Origin: an uncultured Candidatus Rokubacteria bacterium
Lineage (GTDB): Bacteria; Methylomirabilota; Methylomirabilia; Rokubacteriales; CSP1-6
DNA: 64,000 nucleotides
Direction: 5' to 3'
Assembly (NCBI GenBank): GCA_963771355.1
Contig: CAVYTA010000006.1
Span: 640,001 to 704,000 of the forward strand
Part shown: one piece after another, positions 30,464-40,269 of the stretch
How the letters are laid out: each line of letters begins with the position of its first letter
Position numbering within the stretch: position 1 is the first letter of the stretch
Notes under the pieces: generated by a model
Databases searched by the model: none
What the model was told of the DNA's origin: nothing
What the model saw: the letters and a program-made list of their open reading frames with translations, nothing else
Translations under genes and position numbers: made by a program

Positions 30464-31812
30464 CCCGCCTCTTCGGCACCGACGGGATCCGGGCCCTGGC
30501 CAATGCCCCGCCCCTCACCACCGAGCTGGCCTTCCGCCTGGGTCGGCAGCTGGTGGCCACCCTGGTGGAGCATCACCGCGTGGACAAGCTGCGCCTGGTG
30601 GTGGGACGCGACACGCGCCAATCCGGCCCCATGCTCGAGGGCGCGCTGGTCTCCGGCGCGCTGTCCGCCGGCGCGGACGTCTTCGCGGTGGGTGTGCTCC
30701 CGACCCCGGGCATCGCGCACCTCACCCGGCATCTCGACGCGCACGGCGGCGTGGTGATCTCGGCCTCCCACAATCCCTTCGAGGACAACGGCATCAAGAT
30801 CTTCTCCTCCACCGGGGCCAAGTTCCCCGACGCCTGGGAGGACGAAATCGAGAACAGGCTGGCGCAGGCCGACCTGGCCCCCAAGCCCACCGGGGCCGAT
30901 GTCGGCCGGTGGGTCCCGCACGGGCACGCCGCGGAGGCGGAGTACGCGGCGCACGCAGTGGGCACCTTTCCGTTCGACCTCCGCGGCGTGCACATCGTGC
31001 TGGACTGTGCCAACGGCGCCACGTACCGGGTAGCGCCCCGCGTCTTCGAGGCGCTGGGCGCGCGGGTGACGGTGCTCGGCGCGGAGCCGGACGGGCAGAA
31101 CATCAACCTCGACTGCGGCGCGCTTCACCCGGCGGGCGTTCAGGAGCGCGTGCGCGCCATCGGCGCCGATCTTGGTCTCGCCTTCGACGGCGACGGCGAC
31201 CGGCTGATCTGCGTGGACGAGCAGGGCGAGGTCCGCGACGGGGACTATGTGCTGGCGGTCTGCGCGCGCCACCTGGCCGCCGCTGATCGGCTCCGCGGCG
31301 GCGTGCTCGTGACCACGGTGATGGCCAATCTCGGGCTCGAGCACTCACTGCGCGAGGCGGGTATCCGGACGGTCAAGACCCAGGTGGGCGACCGCTACGT
31401 GCTCGAGGAGATGGTCCGCATCGGGGCCAATCTCGGCGGGGAGCAGTCGGGCCACCTCCTCTTTCTCGACCACACCTCCACCGGTGACGGCATCGTATCC
31501 GCCCTCCAGCTCCTGGCGGTCATGCGCGAGACCGGGCGGCCGCTGTCGGCGCTGGCCGCCTGTCTCACCAAGTTCCCGCAGGTGCTGGTCAACGTGCCGG
31601 TACGGCGGAAGCCCCCGCTCGAGAGCATCGAGGGGTTGACCCCGCGGCTCGAGTCGCTCGAGGGCCGGCTGAACGGGGCGGGGCGGATTCTCCTCCGCTA
31701 CTCGGGCACGGAGCTGCTCGCGCGTGTCATGGTGGAGGGACAGGAGCAGGCGGAGATCGAGAAGATCGCCCACGAGCTGGCCGGGATCATCCGACAGGCC
31801 ATCGGTCAGTGA
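30460..31812 (+). CDS. glmM: Phosphoglucosamine mutase
   Basis: FGTDGIR, ISASHNPFEDNGIK, DGDGDR, GGEQSGH. Confidence 0.97.
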   Translation: MTRLFGTDGIRALANAPPLTTELAFRLGRQLVATLVEHHRVDKLRLVVGRDTRQSGPMLEGALVSGALSAGADVFAVGVLPTPGIAHLTRHLDAHGGVVISASHNPFEDNGIKIFSSTGAKFPDAWEDEIENRLAQADLAPKPTGADVGRWVPHGHAAEAEYAAHAVGTFPFDLRGVHIVLDCANGATYRVAPRVFEALGARVTVLGAEPDGQNINLDCGALHPAGVQERVRAIGADLGLAFDGDGDRLICVDEQGEVRDGDYVLAVCARHLAAADRLRGGVLVTTVMANLGLEHSLREAGIRTVKTQVGDRYVLEEMVRIGANLGGEQSGHLLFLDHTSTGDGIVSALQLLAVMRETGRPLSALAACLTKFPQVLVNVPVRRKPPLESIEGLTPRLESLEGRLNGAGRILLRYSGTELLARVMVEGQEQAEIEKIAHELAGIIRQAIGQ

Positions 31813-32249
31813 GTCCCCCCGACCCCGGGTTGGCGCACGAGACCATTCGCGGGATCGGGGTGGATCTCGCCCGGATCCCTCGCATACGGCGGGTAGTCGA
31901 GCGCTGGCAGGACCGCTTCCTCCGCCGCGTCTTCACCGAGGAGGAAATCGCCTACTGCCAGCGGCGGCACGATCCCATCCCGCATCTGGCCGCCCGCTTC
32001 GCCGCCAAGGAAGCCGCGCTGAAGGCCCTGGGCACGGGTCTGCGCATGGGAGTGACCTGGCGAGAGCTCGAGGTACAGCGCGAGCGAGGACAGGCCCCGA
32101 CCATGGTGCTGACGGGCCGCTCCGCCGCGATTGCGCGCGCCAAGGGCGCCTCCCGGATTCTCGTCTCGCTCACCCATGATGGCGATTACGCCTTCGCCCA
32201 GGTCATGCTGGTCGGAGAGGCGCCCAACTGCCGCGGGGAGCGCGCCTAG
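31809..32249 (+). CDS. acpS: Holo-ACP synthase
   Basis: GIGVD, AARFAAKEA..KALGTG, SLTHD. Confidence 0.95.
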   Translation: MSPPDPGLAHETIRGIGVDLARIPRIRRVVERWQDRFLRRVFTEEEIAYCQRRHDPIPHLAARFAAKEAALKALGTGLRMGVTWRELEVQRERGQAPTMVLTGRSAAIARAKGASRILVSLTHDGDYAFAQVMLVGEAPNCRGERA

Positions 32250-32340
32250 ACCATGGCTTCCCGTGAGCCCGGACCGGTCCCCGTCGCCCTCCGGCGCCTC
32301 CGCGTCACCCGTCTCGTCGTGCCCGCCGGCCGCTGAGCCC

Positions 32341-33909
32341 GTGCTGCCTGTGTTCACCGCCGCCGAGATGCGCGCGCTCGATGCCCGCGCCATTGGGGAG
32401 CTGGGCATCCCGGGCACGCAGCTCATGGAGGCGGCGGGCACCGGCGCCGCCCGGCTGATCGCACGGCGATTCGGCCCCCTGCGCGGGCGCCGGGTCGTCA
32501 TCCTCTGCGGCAAGGGCAACAATGGCGGCGACGGCTTCGTGGTCGCGCGTCGGCTGCGAGCGGGAGGCGCGCGCGTGGAGGTGTTCCTGCTGGGCCAGCG
32601 CCGGGACGTGCGGGGCGACGCGGCGGAGGCGCTGCGGCGTTATGCCGGGCGCGTGGGGGAGATCACCGCGGAGGCGGGGCTCGACGCCCTGGAGCGCGCA
32701 GTGGGCGGCGCGCATGTGGTGGTGGACGCGCTGCTCGGGACCGGCGTGGACGGAACGGCGCGGGGACTCGGGGCCTCGGCCATCGAGCGGCTCAATCACG
32801 TGACGGCGATGGGTGAAGATCGGCCGCCCCAGCCCCCGGTGGTCGCGCTGGATCTGCCCTCCGGCCTCTCCGCCGATCGCGGCGCTCCGACCGGACCGAC
32901 CGTGCGGGCCACCCTGACCGCGACCTTCGGCGGTCACAAGCGCGCGCTGCTACTCGAGCCCGCCGCCGGCTGGGCAGGGCAGGTGGTGGTGATCCCCCTC
33001 GGTCTGCCCGACGGGGAGACCGAGCGAGATGTGACCACGTTTCTCCTGGAGGACGGAGATGCGCGCAGCGCGCTGACGCCGCGTCCCGCGGACGCCCACA
33101 AGGGCCAGTATGGGCACCTGCTCGTCGTCGCCGGCTCGCGCGGCAAGACCGGTGCGGCAGCGCTCGCGGCCCGCGCCGCCCTCCGGAGCGGTGCCGGACT
33201 GGTGACCGTGGCCACGCCCGCCTCCCAGCAGCCCATCATCGCCACGCTCGGCGTGGAGCACATGACCCACGCGCTTCCCGAGACCGCCGCGGGAGCGCTC
33301 GCGAAGGCGGCGCTCGGGCCCATCCGCGAGCTCACCGCCACCATGGACGCGGTCGCGCTGGGGCCGGGTCTCTCGCTCCTTCCCGAGGCACAGGCGCTGG
33401 CGCGTGCGCTCGTGGCCGATCTCCCGCGTCCCATGGTGGTGGACGCCGATGCCTTGAGCGCGCTCGCCGGGCACCTCGACATCCTGGCCGGCGCGCCGGG
33501 GCCGCGGGTGCTCACGCCGCATCCGGGGGAGATGGCGCGCATGCTGGGCGTGACCGTCGCCGAGATCCAGGCGGATCGGCTCGAAGCCACGAGGGCCTTC
33601 GCCGTCGAGCACCGGGTCTGGCTGGTGCTCAAGGGCGCGCGCAGCGTGGTGGCGGCACCGGACGGGCAGGTGTGGATCAATCCCACCGGCAATCCCGGCA
33701 TGGCCAAGGGCGGGTCGGGCGATGTCCTCACCGGGATGGCGGGGGCGTTCCTGGCGCGAGGGCTCACGCCGGCGGCGGCGCTGCAGGCGGCCGTCTACTT
33801 CCACGGCCTCGCGGGCGATCTCGGGCGGGCCGAGCGCGGGGAAGAGGGGCTGCTCGCGAGCGACATCGTGGAGGCCATCCCGCGCGCCCTGTCGCCGGCC
33901 TCGAGATGA
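32341..33909 (+). CDS. nnr: Bifunctional NAD(P)H-hydrate epimerase/dehydratase (YjeF)
   Basis: GKGNNGGDG, DALLGTG, DLPSG, HKG.YG, GPGL, TPHPGE, GGSGDVL. Confidence 0.94.
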   Translation: MLPVFTAAEMRALDARAIGELGIPGTQLMEAAGTGAARLIARRFGPLRGRRVVILCGKGNNGGDGFVVARRLRAGGARVEVFLLGQRRDVRGDAAEALRRYAGRVGEITAEAGLDALERAVGGAHVVVDALLGTGVDGTARGLGASAIERLNHVTAMGEDRPPQPPVVALDLPSGLSADRGAPTGPTVRATLTATFGGHKRALLLEPAAGWAGQVVVIPLGLPDGETERDVTTFLLEDGDARSALTPRPADAHKGQYGHLLVVAGSRGKTGAAALAARAALRSGAGLVTVATPASQQPIIATLGVEHMTHALPETAAGALAKAALGPIRELTATMDAVALGPGLSLLPEAQALARALVADLPRPMVVDADALSALAGHLDILAGAPGPRVLTPHPGEMARMLGVTVAEIQADRLEATRAFAVEHRVWLVLKGARSVVAAPDGQVWINPTGNPGMAKGGSGDVLTGMAGAFLARGLTPAAALQAAVYFHGLAGDLGRAERGEEGLLASDIVEAIPRALSPASR

Positions 33910-34340
33910 GCCGTCGGGCATTCGTGACGCGAAGCCCGGAGGAGACGCGGGCGCTGGGGGAGCGGCTCGGGGCGGGCCTCGCGTCCGGGACGGTGGTGGC
34001 GTGTATCGGCGAGCTGGGCGCGGGGAAGACGTGCTTTCTCCAGGGCCTGGCGCGGGGACTCGGAGTGACCTCGGACGTTACCAGCCCCACCTTCGTGCTC
34101 GTGAACCACTACCGCGGGCGGCTGCCGGTGTTTCATCTCGATGCCTATCGGACCGAAGCCCTCACCGAGGTGCTGGAGCTCGGTCTCGAGGAGATGATGC
34201 ACGGCGACGGGGTCACGGTCATCGAGTGGGCGGACAAGATCCTCCCGCTCTTGCCCGCCGACGCCCTCATGGTCCGGATCCGAGGGCTGGGCGAGGAGCC
34301 CCGCCACATCGAGGTGGAGGAGCCCGGAGCCGAGGCGTGA
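33906..34340 (+). CDS. tsaE: tRNA threonylcarbamoyladenosine biosynthesis ATPase
   Basis: GELGAGKT, VTSPTF, HLDAYR, VIEWAD. Confidence 0.95.
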   Translation: MSRRAFVTRSPEETRALGERLGAGLASGTVVACIGELGAGKTCFLQGLARGLGVTSDVTSPTFVLVNHYRGRLPVFHLDAYRTEALTEVLELGLEEMMHGDGVTVIEWADKILPLLPADALMVRIRGLGEEPRHIEVEEPGAEA

Positions 34341-35662
34341 CCCCGGACGGTCCGTCGGGGGAGCCGGCGGGCGCCGTTGCCGGAGCGCGACGGGCCCGAC
34401 TCCTTCTGCTCGCGTTCGTCGCATTCGTCGTGTACGGGTCCTTCTTCCCGTTCTCCTTCCGGGTCGACGCGGCGGAGGTGCAGCGGGACCTGGCGCGATT
34501 CTGGGCGACCCTCGTGCTCTTCGACGGCCACGGTCGGCGCCTGTTCTCGACCATGGATCTGGTGAGCAATCTGTTGCTCGGCGTTCCGGTGGGCTATCTC
34601 CTTGTGCGTGGCCGGCTCATCGGCCAGCAGCTGGCCGTGCGACTCGGCGCCGTGCTGGCAATCGAGCTGGCCTTCGCCGGGGCAGTGGAGATCGGCCAGA
34701 TCCTGGCGCCGACGCGCACCGCCTCCGCCCTCGATGTCATCGCGCAAACGGCCGGCGCCCTCGCGGGCGCGCTGGCGGCGCATGGGCGAAGCGGAGGGGC
34801 CGCGCGTGAGCTCGAGAGCCGGGTCGCCATCCTCGCCATGGCGCGCCCCGCCCTCCTGGTGGTGGCGGGGCTCCTGGTCGTGCTCGCCGCCGACGCGCTC
34901 TATCCCTACGCGCTGACCCTGGACGTCTCGACGGCCTGGGGCAATCTCAAGCGCGGCCAGTGGGTCCCGCTGCAGAGCCTGGGGCACCGCTTCTGGGGAG
35001 ATCTGATCGTGGCCCGTGTGATCCCATATGCCGCGCTGGTGCTGGCTGGCGCGCTCGCCTTCCCGGGTGGGGCCGGCCGCGTCCTGGTCGCCGCGATGGC
35101 GTCGGCGGCGCTCCTGGAGGTGGGGAAGCTCTTCATCGTGGGCCGGGCGCCCCACGTGGACAATGTCATCCTGGCGGCGGTGGGCGCCCTGGTCGGGCTC
35201 GGCATCATGGGAGCCCTGGCGACCACACCGACCGCGCGTGCGCAGGCGCCGGCGCGGCTCGCCGCGCTCGCCGGCGCTCTGTTGGTCTATCGTCAGCTCA
35301 CGCCCTTCGACTTCGTGTTCTCGCTGGACCGCGCGATGGCCAAGGCCGCGCGCATCGAGTGGATCCCCCTGGCGTCCTACTTCTACGCGAACCCCCAGAG
35401 CGCACTCTTCGATCTCGGCACCAAGCTCGCGTGGAGCGCCGCCTTTGGCGCCGCCCTCTGGGCCGCGGGCTCCCGGGCCCCCGGGTGCTGGGGACTCGCC
35501 CTGGGGATCTCGCTCGAGGCACTCCAGCTGGTGCAGATTTCCCACGTGCCGGCGTTGACCGACGTGCTGGCCATCGGCGCGGGCGCGGCCCTGGGTGGCT
35601 GGGCGATCCGACGGTTCCGGGCCGCCCGGCGCGCCGCCCGCGTATCCATCGCGACACATTGA
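34337..35662 (+). CDS. Multi-VanZ-domain membrane protein
   Basis: YGSFFPF, D..SNLLLGVP.G, E..Q...PTRTAS..D; repeated units. Confidence 0.7.
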   Translation: MTPDGPSGEPAGAVAGARRARLLLLAFVAFVVYGSFFPFSFRVDAAEVQRDLARFWATLVLFDGHGRRLFSTMDLVSNLLLGVPVGYLLVRGRLIGQQLAVRLGAVLAIELAFAGAVEIGQILAPTRTASALDVIAQTAGALAGALAAHGRSGGAARELESRVAILAMARPALLVVAGLLVVLAADALYPYALTLDVSTAWGNLKRGQWVPLQSLGHRFWGDLIVARVIPYAALVLAGALAFPGGAGRVLVAAMASAALLEVGKLFIVGRAPHVDNVILAAVGALVGLGIMGALATTPTARAQAPARLAALAGALLVYRQLTPFDFVFSLDRAMAKAARIEWIPLASYFYANPQSALFDLGTKLAWSAAFGAALWAAGSRAPGCWGLALGISLEALQLVQISHVPALTDVLAIGAGAALGGWAIRRFRAARRAARVSIATH

Positions 35663-35693
35663 CGGCGCCGGCCGAGCCCCGCACAGTCCTCGC

Positions 35694-36380
35694 ATGGCCA
35701 TCGGATCACGCATCGAGGAGTGGCCGCTGGAAGAGCGGCCCCGCGAACGCCTTTACCACCAGGGCGCGGGCGCGCTCGCCGACGGCGAGCTGCTCGCCAT
35801 CCTGCTCGGGACGGGCATGCGTGGCCGCAACGCGGTGGAGCTCGCGCGGGATCTGCTGGTCTCCTTCGGCTCGCTGTCGGCGCTGGCCGGCCGGAGCGTC
35901 GCGGAGCTGGCCGGCCGGCGCGGGGTCGGCCGCGCGAAAGCGGTGCGCCTGGCCGCTGCCTTCGAGCTGAGCCGCCGCTTGCGCTCCCGGAACGGCCATC
36001 CGCGCACGGTGCTGTCGAGCCCGGCCGAGGTGTTCGGGCGCTACGGGCCGCTCATGGAGGATCTCGACAAGGAGGTGTTTCGCGTCGCCCTGCTGGATGC
36101 CCAGAACGGTCTCCTGCGGGACGTGACCGTGTCGGAGGGCACGCTGTCCGCCAGCCTGGTGCATCCGCGAGAGGTCTTCAAGCCGGCCATTCTCGAATCG
36201 GCCGCCTCCATCATCCTGCTGCACAATCACCCCAGCGGCGACCCCACGCCGAGCCGTGAGGACTTGCGCCTCACCCGGCAGCTGGTCGACTGCGCCAAGC
36301 TGCTCGAGCTGCACATCCACGACCACATCGTGATCGGGCGCGGGCGTTTCGTGAGCCTGGCCGAGCGGGGAGCCCTATGA
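35694..36380 (+). CDS. radC: RadC/JAB-domain protein
   Basis: ERPRERL, VHPREVF, HNHPSGDPTPS.ED, DHIVIG. Confidence 0.95.
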   Translation: MAIGSRIEEWPLEERPRERLYHQGAGALADGELLAILLGTGMRGRNAVELARDLLVSFGSLSALAGRSVAELAGRRGVGRAKAVRLAAAFELSRRLRSRNGHPRTVLSSPAEVFGRYGPLMEDLDKEVFRVALLDAQNGLLRDVTVSEGTLSASLVHPREVFKPAILESAASIILLHNHPSGDPTPSREDLRLTRQLVDCAKLLELHIHDHIVIGRGRFVSLAERGAL

Positions 36381-36398
36381 GGGCGGAATACCGAGACG

Positions 36399-36641
36399 CT
36401 AACCCTTGGCGAGCCGCTCCACTTCCTTCTTGCTCATGGCCTGGATGCGTGTGAGCAGGCCCTTCACCTTCCGCTCCGAAGCGTGGTCCGCGAGAATCAG
36501 CTTCTTGGACTTGGTGCCGTTCACGATGTAAGCGACCCAGTCGTCCAGGCTCGGGGTTCCGCGCCACGCGACGGTGAGCCCGTTGAGCCGCATGCGCTTC
36601 CTTCCTTCGACTTTCGCGAGTGGCTTCCGGCTCGCCTCCAT
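36399..36641 (-). CDS. Small basic hypothetical protein (80 aa)
   Basis: Purine-rich SD-like ggaggggaagagaagg upstream; coding-like codon usage; TTGACA on the minus strand at 36746-36741. Confidence 0.65.
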   Translation of the reverse strand: MEASRKPLAKVEGRKRMRLNGLTVAWRGTPSLDDWVAYIVNGTKSKKLILADHASERKVKGLLTRIQAMSKKEVERLAKG

Positions 36642-36943
36642 ACCTTCTCTTCCCCTCCCAACGAGTGCACCGCACGTGGGCCCGCGCGGCGACGGATTAT
36701 TCGCGCGCAGGGGGACAAGGTGAGGGATGCCTACGAGTCGTGTCAAGGCTTCGTTTCACCGCTCAGAATGCGCCTTCGTGCGATCCGGCTCCGTGGAACG
36801 TGCGTCGTTGTTGGCTCCGGTGACCGGCCTCGAAGCGGTGGACGGCCGGAGCGTCACATTCTCGGGTCGTGCCCGCCGAAGCGCATCAGAGCGTCCGATT
36901 TTCCCGCCTGTGGATGCTGGTGGATAAGTGGATAACCTGGGGA

Positions 36944-37933
36944 CTATTTGGCACGGGCGGCGAGGGCATCCAGGATGCGCCGGGTCAGGAGCGGGCCCTC
37001 GGTGATGAAGGCGCTGAAGTACGCGCAGGCGTTCGCGCCCGCCTCGAGGGCCCGGCGCGCGGATTCGGGGCTATGGATGCCGCCGGTGGCCACGATCTCG
37101 AGCGCTGAGCCGAAGCGGTTGCGCAGCGCGCGCACGTTCGCGAGCGTCGCGGCGAGGAGAGCGGGTCCGGAGAGCCCTCCCGCGCCCTGCGAGAGCCGCG
37201 GCTCCTCGATGCGGCGCGTATTGCCGTAGTTCACGATGCTGATCCCCGCCTCGAGCGCCGCGGGAACGATGGCGCGGAGATTCTCCTCGTGAAAGTCGGG
37301 CGAGATCTTCACGATGACGGGCTTCGCGGTGGCCGCCCGGACGGCGCCGAACAGTCGGCGCAGCTCGGAGGGTTTCTGGGACCACTCGTAGACCAGACGC
37401 GTGTTCGGGGAGGAGATGTTGATCTCCACCAGATCTCCGAAGGGCGCGAGGCCGCTCACCACCTCCACGTAGTCCTCGATGGATTCGCCCGCGGCCGCGA
37501 CGATGAGGGGCCGGCGGTGGGGCAGGGAGGCCAGCGCGCGGCGATACACGTCGAGCCCAGGATTGTGAAAGCCGTTGCAGTTGACGAAGCCCGGGCCTTC
37601 CGGCGTGGCGACGCGGACGAGATTCGGCTCGGGATGACCGGGCCGCGGCCGCACCGTGATGCTCTTGGTGGTCACCGCGCCGAAGCCGAGGCCCATGGCC
37701 CGCCGGAGAATGGTGGTGTCGTAGTACATCGAGGACAGGATGATGGGGTTGGGCAGCCGGACTCCGCCCAGCGTGGTGGCCAGGCGCGGATCGTCGTTCC
37801 GGAACACCGCCAGCGCGTCGATCGGCAGCGTGCGCAGCGCCCACTGACCCAGTGCGATCGCGGCCGGCTCCGAGAGCCGGGCGAGCACGCCGCGGTAAAG
37901 GGCCTGATAGAGGAGACCGGCCACGCGCACCAT
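36944..37933 (-). CDS. pyrD: Dihydroorotate dehydrogenase (class 2-like)
   Basis: KSITVRPRPGHPEP, VNCNGFHNPG, EINISSPNT, KISPD, GGLSGP, ATGGI. Confidence 0.88.
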   Translation of the reverse strand: MVRVAGLLYQALYRGVLARLSEPAAIALGQWALRTLPIDALAVFRNDDPRLATTLGGVRLPNPIILSSMYYDTTILRRAMGLGFGAVTTKSITVRPRPGHPEPNLVRVATPEGPGFVNCNGFHNPGLDVYRRALASLPHRRPLIVAAAGESIEDYVEVVSGLAPFGDLVEINISSPNTRLVYEWSQKPSELRRLFGAVRAATAKPVIVKISPDFHEENLRAIVPAALEAGISIVNYGNTRRIEEPRLSQGAGGLSGPALLAATLANVRALRNRFGSALEIVATGGIHSPESARRALEAGANACAYFSAFITEGPLLTRRILDALAARAK

Positions 37934-37984
37934 GGTCGAAGTGTGTCGAGAATACCGGACCCCGTCGTGCCTCGCCGAGGTTTT

Positions 37985-38085
37985 GCCTGACAAGATTCTC
38001 AACGGCGCAAAACCAGCCGGACCTGCTCCTCTCGCAGCAGCCCACGAAGTTCGAGCTGGGCATCGGATCAGGTGATCGGGTGATG
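37985..38085 (+). pseudogene. C-terminal scrap of an ABC substrate-binding protein
   Basis: DKILNGAKPA...QQPTKFEL...DQVI; parallels 54250-54418. Confidence 0.6.
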
Positions 38086-38466
38086 GATCGACCTGCAGCG
38101 AGCCCGAACGGCGTACGTGCGTCTGCTGGGCCCCGTGCTAGCCTCCCGGCCGTGCCCGGTGTGCCTCAGGGCCTCGATCCCCGCCGGCCAGTTGGTCTAA
38201 GGTAGTTCTCCTCGGCGCCGCTCGTCGCCGAGGGACAGACCTTGGGCATCACCAAGGTCATGGTGAAGCCTGAGGGGAGGTGTTCGGCGCTTGAGTAATC
38301 TTTGCCTAACCGAGCTGCTCCCGAATAGCGTCCGCCTGATGCTGGCGGCCATCCTCGAGGAACAAGCGCGATGACAGGCGCCGCCAGGCGGGTATGGCTC
38401 TATTGGCTCACAAGGCGCCGCCAAAATCGATCTCGCGCGGCTGCTCGAGGGTCCGGGGGATGACGT

Positions 38467-38550
38467 TCATCCCTCGAGTAAGTAGGCGATGATCGCGATG
38501 GTGGCGACCACGAGCCAGCGGATGATGGTCAGTCCTACGTCTCGGAGCAT
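38467..38550 (-). CDS. 27-aa hydrophobic peptide
   Basis: MLRDVGLTIIRWLVVATIAIIAYLLEG with G-rich SD. Confidence 0.4.
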   Translation of the reverse strand: MLRDVGLTIIRWLVVATIAIIAYLLEG

Positions 38551-39329
38551 GGTCAATCCCCCTACCGACCCTACGCGCGCTGCTCGCCGAACGCCAGAAC
38601 GATGTGGAAAGAGCCGGGGTTCTGCAAACACAGAATTGCGGACTGTTCCGAAGCGAACACTTTATCGGAGTGAGCGTAAGCTGCCGTGCGGCAGCGAAGC
38701 GGCTACTTCTCGCGGCCGCGCTTCAGCGCGCGCTCGATGGCCGGCAGGGCCTCTGGGGCGTGGACGAGCGCGACCGCACGCAGGGCGAGGCCGTCTGTCA
38801 GAAAGCCGGTGAGACGTGATAGAGCTCCAGGCCCCGCTTGCCCTTGCGCTCGTGCTCGACGGCCGGCTCCATGGCCCCGGCGCTCACCTTAGTTCCGCGG
38901 TGTCCCAGCCGTCGGTGTGCGGAAATGGCGAGGACCAGCATTCTGTGTGCACTCGCTGCTCGCCGACAAATGGGCTCGTGTCGGGATTCGAAATGCGGCG
39001 ATCACAGGCCGGGCAGATCGGCTTCTCCTGCGCGTCGAGTTTATTGGTCAACGCTGGCCTCCAAATCCGAAAAGTGTTCCAAAGTGAACACCTTGCGAGG
39101 TCGAAAGCAAGGGTGGATAGCGCCGGGACAAGGGGCGCAACAGAGAGAAGCCGCGATGATCGCGGCTACCAGTCCTAGGGGCCCGCTTGGGCGGGAGCAG
39201 TGGCGGGGATGGCAGTGGCCGTGACACCGCTACGTCTCCAGGTCGGTCGGTCAGCGGAGCGGGCAGGCGCAGCGGGCAGGCGCAGATGTCCGTCAGAAAG
39301 CCAGCGAAGACATGACAATGCTGCAAGCG

Positions 39330-39473
39330 TTACGCAGCGCGCACGATCCTGACGAACATCAGCAGCAGCGCGAGCACGAGCGCGACCGCCCATGCCTGCG
39401 TCCACCAGTTCGGCCCGCCCGCGACCAGGCTCGCGACGGTATTAAACGCAGCGACTCCCGCGACAATCGTCAT
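39330..39473 (-). CDS. 47-aa two-TM peptide
   Basis: SD aaggagag; MTIVAGVAAF...WAVALVLALLLMFVRIVRAA. Confidence 0.5.
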   Translation of the reverse strand: MTIVAGVAAFNTVASLVAGGPNWWTQAWAVALVLALLLMFVRIVRAA

Positions 39474-39788
39474 GGGGTTGACTCTCCTTCGCGTCCGTCG
39501 CGACGCGCGTTCCTCTAGAAACATGGTGGTATGTGGTGATCGCGCTCTGTCGCATGTTCTCGGATGCGGCCAGGTCTTCAGGAGGCTCGACGCGCTACAT
39601 ATCGGGCAGGGATCCACGGCGCTGACTAACTCGCGGGCCCGCGAATGATGGTCAGTCCGAGGCGGATCCATCGTGCGTCCTCCGGATAACCATAATCGCG
39701 TGTCGTCGCGCCGAGCGCCAGAGTCCTTGAGGAAAATGTGCCAGCGTCTGCAAAAACAGAATTGCGGAGGGGATGCGACGTGACGCCG

Positions 39789-40069
39789 CTACTTTTCGCG
39801 GGCCCGCTTCAAGGCTTTCTCGATCGCGGGCACGGCGTCCGGCAGGTGGACGAGCGCGAGGGCCCGCAGGGCGAGGGCGTCCGTCACGAAGCCGGTGAAC
39901 GTGTAGGGCGTACCTTGCCCTTGCGTGCGCTCGTCTCGGGCTCGACGACCCTGAGCAGACGGGCCGCTACGCGCGAGGTGTTCCTTGCGTGTTTCAAGAG
40001 CACGAGGTATTGCGCCTCGCTCAGGTCGGCCGTGGTCCTGCAAAAGCACGCGGAGCTGGTTCGGGACAT
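39789..40069 (-). pseudogene. Element conserved gene Y (frameshifted copy)
   Basis: LSEAQYLVLLKHA...FTGFVTDALALRALALVH; near-identical to 56774-57045. Confidence 0.65.
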
Positions 40070-40269
40070 GACCGCGGCCGCGCGCTAGTGCCCTCGTGCC
40101 CCGGCCGACCGCGCGGCAGGAGATCCGGGCCTGCATCGCGTGGGTGCGGCGATTCGGCGCGCCCGCGGTCATGGGCCTGAGCCCGGAAGCGTTTGAGGCG
40201 ATGGTGCCGCACATCCTGCGCGGGGCCGTGATGGAAGATCGTGAACGGGAGCGAAAACGAAGGGAGCGA

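Noticed and set aside
32253..32336. 27-codon ORF between acpS and nnr
   Set aside because: No motif support; overlaps a possible longer nnr N-terminus.
35694..36380. radC as part of the mobile region
   Set aside because: Full-length chromosomal form with N-terminal HhH part, separated from the island by pyrD.
36941..36954. ggactatttggcac resembles the reverse complement of the islet 20-bp repeat
   Set aside because: Short and gapped, and overlaps the pyrD stop and last codons; likely chance.
37934..38100. Expected third tRNA 5'-half (outer att) at the left edge of the relic region
   Set aside because: No GGACGATTAGCTCAG match was found, so the left boundary is only approximate.
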